DNA of 44,248 bases from Macrostomum lignano. Taxonomy: Eukaryota. Made by a program: the position numbers and the translations under genes. The stretch's first letter is position 1; every line of letters starts with the position of its first letter. The stretch is from positions 101,557-145,804 of the forward strand of contig NIVC01001415.1 in assembly GCA_002269645.1 (NCBI GenBank). The letters run 5' to 3'. Below are positions 36,001 through 44,248 of this stretch, in pieces. The notes below the pieces were generated by a model. The model did not search any database. It was not told where the DNA came from and was given only the letters and a program-made list of their open reading frames with translations.

Positions 36001-38279
36001 TGTTTAGATTTGGCGCTTTTCACTGTTTAGATTTGGCGCCCATCACTGTTTAGATTTGGCGCCCTTCACTGTTTAGATTTGGCGCCCATCACTGTTTAGA
36101 TTTGGTACCATTAAAATTTAGATTTGGCGCCCTTCACTGCTTAGATTTGGCGCCCTTCACTGTTTAGATTTGGCGCCCTTCACTGTTTAGATTTGGCGCC
36201 CTTCACTGTTTAGATTTGGCGGCCTTCACTGTTGAGATTTGGCGGCCTTCACTGTTTAGATTTGGTGACCTTCACTGTTTAGATTTGGCGGCCTTCACTG
36301 TTTAGATTTGGCGCTCTTCACTGTTTAGATTTGGCGCCCTTCACTGTTTAGATTTGGCGCCCTTCACTGTTTAGATTTGGCGCCCTTCACTGTTTAGATT
36401 TGGCGCCCTTCACTGTTTAGATTTGGCGGCCTTCACTGTTGAGATTTGGCGGCCTTCACTGTTTAGATTTGGTGACCTTCACTGTTTAGATTTGGCGGCC
36501 TTCACTGTTTAGATTTTACGCCCTACAGTTAAGCCCTTCCAATGCTTAGATTGTTTTTAGATTCACCGCTTATAGATTCAAAACCTATATGGTCTAGATT
36601 TAGCTTCTAACAGTCTATAGATTTAGCCTCTAACAGTCTATAGATTTAGCCTCTAACAGTCTATAGATTTAGCCTCTAACAGTCTATAGATTTAGCCTCT
36701 AACAGTCTATAGATTTAGCCTCTAACAGTCTATAGATCTAGCCTCTAACAGTCTATAGATCTAGCCTCTAACAGTCTATAGATTTAGCCTCTAACAGTCT
36801 ATAGATTTAGCCTCTAACAGTCTATAGATTTAGCCTCTAACAGTCTATAGATCTAGCCTCTAACAGTCTATAGATTTAGCCTCTAACAGTCTATAGATTT
36901 AGCCTCTAACAGTCTATAGATTTAGCCTCTAGCCTCTATTTAGCTCGATCGATGCCAATAAAATCGAGTCATCACCATTCCAGCCGAAGTGTTCCTGCAG
37001 CCCTGCTCGTCCATTTCAGTTGGACGCAACGGTCCCTGGTCCATCACAAATATTGTCAGACAGGTCAGGAACAGCACGTAGAATATGAGGTCCACCAGCA
37101 GCGAGGTGATAGCGAATTTAGTCCTGAAATTGTTCACTCAGAACTGCTATTTTTTTTTGGTTGGACTGATGGACACCCCTGATTGTTGATGGACACCCCT
37201 GATTATTAATGACACCCTTGATTATTGATGGACACCCTGATTATTGATGGACACCCTGATTATTGATGGACACCCTGATTATTGATGGACACCCCTGATT
37301 ATTGATGGACACCCCTGATTATTGATGGACACCCCTGATTACTGATGGAAACCCCTGATTGTTGATGGACACCCCTGATTGTTGATGGACACCCCTGATT
37401 ATTGATGGACACCCTGATTATTGATGGACACCCTGATTATTGATGGACGTCTCTTGATTCTCAGTGGACACCCCTGGCCCTGATTCTTACTGGACACCCC
37501 TGATTGTTGATGGACACCCTGATTATTGATGGACGTCTCTTGATTCTCAGTGGACACCCCTGGCCCTGATTCTTACTGGACACCCCTGATTCTCAGTGGA
37601 CACCTTTGATTCTTAGTGGACAACCTTGATTCTTAGTGGACACCCCTGGTTTTTAGCTGATGATTAATCAACCGGAAAAGACACTTCTAGCTCAGTCACG
37701 CACCACTTCTCCTGCATAACAGCAGAAGACAGAGGATGCTTCAGCAAGTCCAGCTGCTTGAATCGAGCCATAGTCATCAGAGCCAGGTAGCGATGAGGCT
37801 GAGAGGCTGGATCGTCTGGTCCAGGATCGATTAGGGAGTAGTTGTAGATTACCTAAAAATGAAAGGATACAATTATGGTGTACTGGTTGCATGGGTGTAT
37901 AATGTCCTCTCCCCTCTCCTCTGTCTTCTCTTCTCTCTCATCACTCCTCTCTCTCTTCTCTCCTCTCTACGAACTACAATGCTTAAATATGCTCAATAAT
38001 TTTAAGAAAATAGTTTCAACTTTACGGCAAAGTTCTTGTCCATCGGATCCCGGACTGTAGTGCTGATGCCGTAGTCAAGAACTTTCTGAATGGGTGGGTG
38101 CCATGATGACCGATGAGCGAATTTTAAAACATTAAAAGTACATTTGACTGCAAAAAGGCTGTGACGTTGATTGCGTAAAGTAGAACTGGAATACCGTGGC
38201 AAACTCGAGCGAATGCTCAATCAGCTTGTCCATGTGGGTCCTGCCGTTCTCTCGTCTGTAGGCCATGGTCCACGACCAG
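29570..38279 (-). CDS. TRPA1: TRPA-family paralog, copy B; only post-ankyrin exons are present in the window (linker, 6 TM, C-terminus)
   Basis: 12 exons with sizes identical to copy A and open frames: 38195-38279, 38026-38085, 37704-37852, 36976-37123, 35316-35360, 35134-35235, 34288-34454, 33630-33759, 32361-32534, 32193-32261, 31410-31648, 29570-29639 (TGA). No ankyrin exons are found upstream within the window. Confidence 0.88.
29725..31320. repeat. 32-bp minisatellite in the last intron of TRPA copy B (same unit as 20680-21630, inverted)
   Basis: About 50 visible units. Confidence 0.95.
31745..32030. repeat. 22-bp minisatellite (CTACTCATGGCGCATCTATAAG)
   Basis: Directly visible. Confidence 0.93.
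32585..33160. repeat. (TCAA)n microsatellite
   Basis: Directly visible. Confidence 0.97.
33278..33585. mobile_element. hAT-type MITE (same family as 8954-9641, without the SINE)
   Basis: Termini CAGGGGCGTCACCA / TGGCGACACCCTG; perfect 8-bp TSD GGTACTGT (33270-33277, 33586-33593); internal homology to the first copy. Confidence 0.85.
34500..34810. repeat. (ATCTC)n microsatellite
   Basis: Directly visible. Confidence 0.9.
35445..36520. repeat. 23-bp minisatellite (CACTGTTTAGATTTGGCGCCCTT)
   Basis: About 45 visible units. Confidence 0.95.
36605..36935. repeat. 23-bp minisatellite (AACAGTCTATAGATTTAGCCTCT)
   Basis: About 14 visible units. Confidence 0.95.
37165..37660. repeat. ~20-21-bp minisatellite (GATTATTGATGGACACCCCT)
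   Basis: Directly visible. Confidence 0.93.
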
Positions 38280-38299
38280 CTGCAGGAATTAGATAGAAG

Positions 38300-38355
<56 letters not shown>
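38300..38355. repeat. (GATA)n microsatellite abutting the 272-bp array
   Basis: Directly visible. Confidence 0.95.
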
Positions 38356-38356
<1 letters not shown>

Positions 38357-41300
38357 TAGATAGCGAGAAAGAGCGAGCGAAGCGAGCTCTTTCGAGCTTG
38401 CTTGCCGCAGCCAATCAAGCTGAATGCACGCACACAAGATCACCGGAAACGATTAAGGCAGCTGGAAAGCCAATGGGCGCGGTAAGCGCTTTTATCCAGA
38501 GGAACTACCTGCTGGAACCAGCCTGCCGTTCGAAAATCAGACTACTCAAGTAGTGCAAAAGAGTGCGAGCAACTACCGAGAAATCTAATCTTCGTAACCG
38601 CTCCGGTGCAGGTCCTGGCAATAGATGGTAGATAGCGAGAAAGAGCGAGCGAAGCGAGCTCTTTCGAGCTTGCTTGCCGCAGCCAATCAAGCTGAATGCA
38701 CGCACACAAGATCACCGGAAACGATTAAGGCAGCTGGAAAGCCAATGGGCGCGGTAAGCGCTTTTATCCAGAGGAACTACCTGCTGGAACCAGCCTGCCG
38801 TTCGAAAATCAGACTACTCAAGTAGTGCAAAAGAGTGCGAGCAACTACCGAGAAATCTAATCTTCGTAACCGCTCCGGTGCAGGTCCTGGCAATAGATGG
38901 TAGATAGCGAGAAAGAGCGAGCGAAGCGAGCTCTTTCGAGCTTGCTTGCCGCAGCCAATCAAGCTGAATGCACGCACACAAGATCACCGGAAACGATTAA
39001 GGCAGCTGGAAAGCCAATGGGCGCGGTAAGCGCTTTTATCCAGAGGAACTACCTGCTGGAACCAGCCTGCCGTTCGAAAATCAGACTACTCAAGTAGTGC
39101 AAAAGAGTGCGAGCAACTACCGAGAAATCTAATCTTCGTAACCGCTCCGGTGCAGGTCCTGGCAATAGATGGTAGATAGCGAGAAAGAGCGAGCGAAGCG
39201 AGCTCTTTCGAGCTTGCTTGCCGCAGCCAATCAAGCTGAATGCACGCACACAAGATCACCGGAAACGATTAAGGCAGCTGGAAAGCCAATGGGCGCGGTA
39301 AGCGCTTTTATCCAGAGGAACTACCTGCTGGAACCAGCCTGCCGTTCGAAAATCAGACTACTCAAGTAGTGCAAAAGAGTGCGAGCAACTACCGAGAAAT
39401 CTAATCTTCGTAACCGCTCCGGTGCAGGTCCTGGCAATAGATGGTAGATAGCGAGAAAGAGCGAGCGAAGCGAGCTCTTTCGAGCTTGCTTGCCGCAGCC
39501 AATCAAGCTGAATGCACGCACACAAGATCACCGGAAACGATTAAGGCAGCTGGAAAGCCAATGGGCGCGGTAAGCGCTTTTATCCAGAGGAACTACCTGC
39601 TGGAACCAGCCTGCCGTTCGAAAATCAGACTACTCAAGTAGTGCAAAAGAGTGCGAGCAACTACCGAGAAATCTAATCTTCGTAACCGCTCCGGTGCAGG
39701 TCCTGGCAATAGATGGTAGATAGCGAGAAAGAGCGAGCGAAGCGAGCTCTTTCGAGCTTGCTTGCCGCAGCCAATCAAGCTGAATGCACGCACACAAGAT
39801 CACCGGAAACGATTAAGGCAGCTGGAAAGCCAATGGGCGCGGTAAGCGCTTTTATCCAGAGGAACTACCTGCTGGAACCAGCCTGCCGTTCGAAAATCAG
39901 ACTACTCAAGTAGTGCAAAAGAGTGCGAGCAACTACCGAGAAATCTAATCTTCGTAACCGCTCCGGTGCAGGTCCTGGCAATAGATGGTAGATAGCGAGA
40001 AAGAGCGAGCGAAGCGAGCTCTTTCGAGCTTGCTTGCCGCAGCCAATCAAGCTGAATGCACGCACACAAGATCACCGGAAACGATTAAGGCAGCTGGAAA
40101 GCCAATGGGCGCGGTAAGCGCTTTTATCCAGAGGAACTACCTGCTGGAACCAGCCTGCCGTTCGAAAATCAGACTACTCAAGTAGTGCAAAAGAGTGCGA
40201 GCAACTACCGAGAAATCTAATCTTCGTAACCGCTCCGGTGCAGGTCCTGGCAATAGATGGTAGATAGCGAGAAAGAGCGAGCGAAGCGAGCTCTTTCGAG
40301 CTTGCTTGCCGCAGCCAATCAAGCTGAATGCACGCACACAAGATCACCGGAAACGATTAAGGCAGCTGGAAAGCCAATGGGCGCGGTAAGCGCTTTTATC
40401 CAGAGGAACTACCTGCTGGAACCAGCCTGCCGTTCGAAAATCAGACTACTCAAGTAGTGCAAAAGAGTGCGAGCAACTACCGAGAAATCTAATCTTCGTA
40501 ACCGCTCCGGTGCAGGTCCTGGCAATAGATGGTAGATAGCGAGAAAGAGCGAGCGAAGCGAGCTCTTTCGAGCTTGCTTGCCGCAGCCAATCAAGCTGAA
40601 TGCACGCACACAAGATCACCGGAAACGATTAAGGCAGCTGGAAAGCCAATGGGCGCGGTAAGCGCTTTTATCCAGAGGAACTACCTGCTGGAACCAGCCT
40701 GCCGTTCGAAAATCAGACTACTCAAGTAGTGCAAAAGAGTGCGAGCAACTACCGAGAAATCTAATCTTCGTAACCGCTCCGGTGCAGGTCCTGGCAATAG
40801 ATGGTAGATAGCGAGAAAGAGCGAGCGAAGCGAGCTCTTTCGAGCTTGCTTGCCGCAGCCAATCAAGCTGAATGCACGCACACAAGATCACCGGAAACGA
40901 TTAAGGCAGCTGGAAAGCCAATGGGCGCGGTAAGCGCTTTTATCCAGAGGAACTACCTGCTGGAACCAGCCTGCCGTTCGAAAATCAGACTACTCAAGTA
41001 GTGCAAAAGAGTGCGAGCAACTACCGAGAAATCTAATCTTCGTAACCGCTCCGGTGCAGGTCCTGGCAATAGATGGTAGATAGCGAGAAAGAGCGAGCGA
41101 AGCGAGCTCTTTCGAGCTTGCTTGCCGCAGCCAATCAAGCTGAATGCACGCACACAAGATCACCGGAAACGATTAAGGCAGCTGGAAAGCCAATGGGCGC
41201 GGTAAGCGCTTTTATCCAGAGGAACTACCTGCTGGAACCAGCCTGCCGTTCGAAAATCAGACTACTCAAGTAGTGCAAAAGAGTGCGAGCAACTACCGAG

Positions 41301-43285
41301 AAATCTAATCTTCGTAACCGCTCCGGTGCAGGTCCTGGCAATAGATGGTAGATAGCGAGAAAGAGCGAGCGAAGCGAGCTCTTTCGAGCTTGCTTGCCGC
41401 AGCCAATCAAGCTGAATGCACGCACACAAGATCACCGGAAACGATTAAGGCAGCTGGAAAGCCAATGGGCGCGGTAAGCGCTTTTATCCAGAGGAACTAC
41501 CTGCTGGAACCAGCCTGCCGTTCGAAAATCAGACTACTCAAGTAGTGCAAAAGAGTGCGAGCAACTACCGAGAAATCTAATCTTCGTAACCGCTCCGGTG
41601 CAGGTCCTGGCAATAGATGGTAGATAGCGAGAAAGAGCGAGCGAAGCGAGCTCTTTCGAGCTTGCTTGCCGCAGCCAATCAAGCTGAATGCACGCACACA
41701 AGATCACCGGAAACGATTAAGGCAGCTGGAAAGCCAATGGGCGCGGTAAGCGCTTTTATCCAGAGGAACTACCTGCTGGAACCAGCCTGCCGTTCGAAAA
41801 TCAGACTACTCAAGTAGTGCAAAAGAGTGCGAGCAACTACCGAGAAATCTAATCTTCGTAACCGCTCCGGTGCAGGTCCTGGCAATAGATGGTAGATAGC
41901 GAGAAAGAGCGAGCGAAGCGAGCTCTTTCGAGCTTGCTTGCCGCAGCCAATCAAGCTGAATGCACGCACACAAGATCACCGGAAACGATTAAGGCAGCTG
42001 GAAAGCCAATGGGCGCGGTAAGCGCTTTTATCCAGAGGAACTACCTGCTGGAACCAGCCTGCCGTTCGAAAATCAGACTACTCAAGTAGTGCAAAAGAGT
42101 GCGAGCAACTACCGAGAAATCTAATCTTCGTAACCGCTCCGGTGCAGGTCCTGGCAATAGATGGTAGATAGCGAGAAAGAGCGAGCGAAGCGAGCTCTTT
42201 CGAGCTTGCTTGCCGCAGCCAATCAAGCTGAATGCACGCACACAAGATCACCGGAAACGATTAAGGCAGCTGGAAAGCCAATGGGCGCGGTAAGCGCTTT
42301 TATCCAGAGGAACTACCTGCTGGAACCAGCCTGCCGTTCGAAAATCAGACTACTCAAGTAGTGCAAAAGAGTGCGAGCAACTACCGAGAAATCTAATCTT
42401 CGTAACCGCTCCGGTGCAGGTCCTGGCAATAGATGGTAGATAGCGAGAAAGAGCGAGCGAAGCGAGCTCTTTCGAGCTTGCTTGCCGCAGCCAATCAAGC
42501 TGAATGCACGCACACAAGATCACCGGAAACGATTAAGGCAGCTGGAAAGCCAATGGGCGCGGTAAGCGCTTTTATCCAGAGGAACTACCTGCTGGAACCA
42601 GCCTGCCGTTCGAAAATCAGACTACTCAAGTAGTGCAAAAGAGTGCGAGCAACTACCGAGAAATCTAATCTTCGTAACCGCTCCGGTGCAGGTCCTGGCA
42701 ATAGATGGTAGATAGCGAGAAAGAGCGAGCGAAGCGAGCTCTTTCGAGCTTGCTTGCCGCAGCCAATCAAGCTGAATGCACGCACACAAGATCACCGGAA
42801 ACGATTAAGGCAGCTGGAAAGCCAATGGGCGCGGTAAGCGCTTTTATCCAGAGGAACTACCTGCTGGAACCAGCCTGCCGTTCGAAAATCAGACTACTCA
42901 AGTAGTGCAAAAGAGTGCGAGCAACTACCGAGAAATCTAATCTTCGTAACCGCTCCGGTGCAGGTCCTGGCAATAGATGGTAGATAGCGAGAAAGAGCGA
43001 GCGAAGCGAGCTCTTTCGAGCTTGCTTGCCGCAGCCAATCAAGCTGAATGCACGCACACAAGATCACCGGAAACGATTAAGGCAGCTGGAAAGCCAATGG
43101 GCGCGGTAAGCGCTTTTATCCAGAGGAACTACCTGCTGGAACCAGCCTGCCGTTCGAAAATCAGACTACTCAAGTAGTGCAAAAGAGTGCGAGCAACTAC
43201 CGAGAAATCTAATCTTCGTAACCGCTCCGGTCAGGTCAATAGCATGGTAGATGGTAGATAGCGAGAAGAGCGAGCGAAGCGAGCG
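38356..43285. repeat. 272-bp tandem array, 18 units plus a partial 19th, essentially identical
   Basis: The ORF track repeats every 272 bp (38625, 38897 ... 42977). Units look identical by eye; only the last ~70 bp is degenerate. Confidence 0.98.
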
Positions 43286-43304
43286 AGGCCAACACTTTTT
43301 GAAA

Positions 43305-44248
<944 letters not shown>

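Noticed and set aside
38505-43177. Repeated 66-aa ORFs on both strands of the 272-bp array
   Set aside because: No domain, signal or coding bias; short ORFs are expected by chance and are simply replicated with the unit.
38356-43285. 272-bp array as a CRISPR, 5S/tRNA/SL-RNA/snRNA or hammerhead-ribozyme cluster
   Set aside because: No unique spacers, no proper A/B boxes (GTTCGAAAAT fails the B-box consensus), no CTGATGA hammerhead core and no recognisable 5S or snRNA sequence by eye. An Rfam scan would be the definitive test.

Overview
Eukaryotic (metazoan) genomic DNA with GT-AG introns, GC-rich exons and introns packed with mini/microsatellites. The style suggests an invertebrate such as a free-living flatworm, but the species cannot be established from sequence. 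Main content: (1) a multi-exon TRPA-family (TRPA1-like) channel gene on + (about 17 ankyrin repeats plus 6 TM; 23 phase-compatible exons 5939-21782, candidate first exon 2769-2984); (2) an intronless H-type ferritin on - (4812-5327) that is nested in the TRPA first intron or head-to-head with it; (3) a 2-exon secreted fibrinogen-domain gene (25790-27126); (4) an inverted, tail-to-tail TRPA paralog on - (29570-38279) with only the post-ankyrin exons present; (5) a near-perfect 18-copy 272-bp tandem array (38356-43285) whose unit carries a GCGAAGC/sheared-GA DNA hairpin; (6) a third partial TRPA copy (43305-end) behind a chimeric junction. Mobile-element remnants: two hAT-type MITEs with 8-bp TSDs, three tRNA-derived SINEs, a LINE 3' fragment and a decayed Ty1/copia pol. 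Most long ORFs in the supplied track are artefacts of tandem repeats. All exon models and identities were derived by eye.
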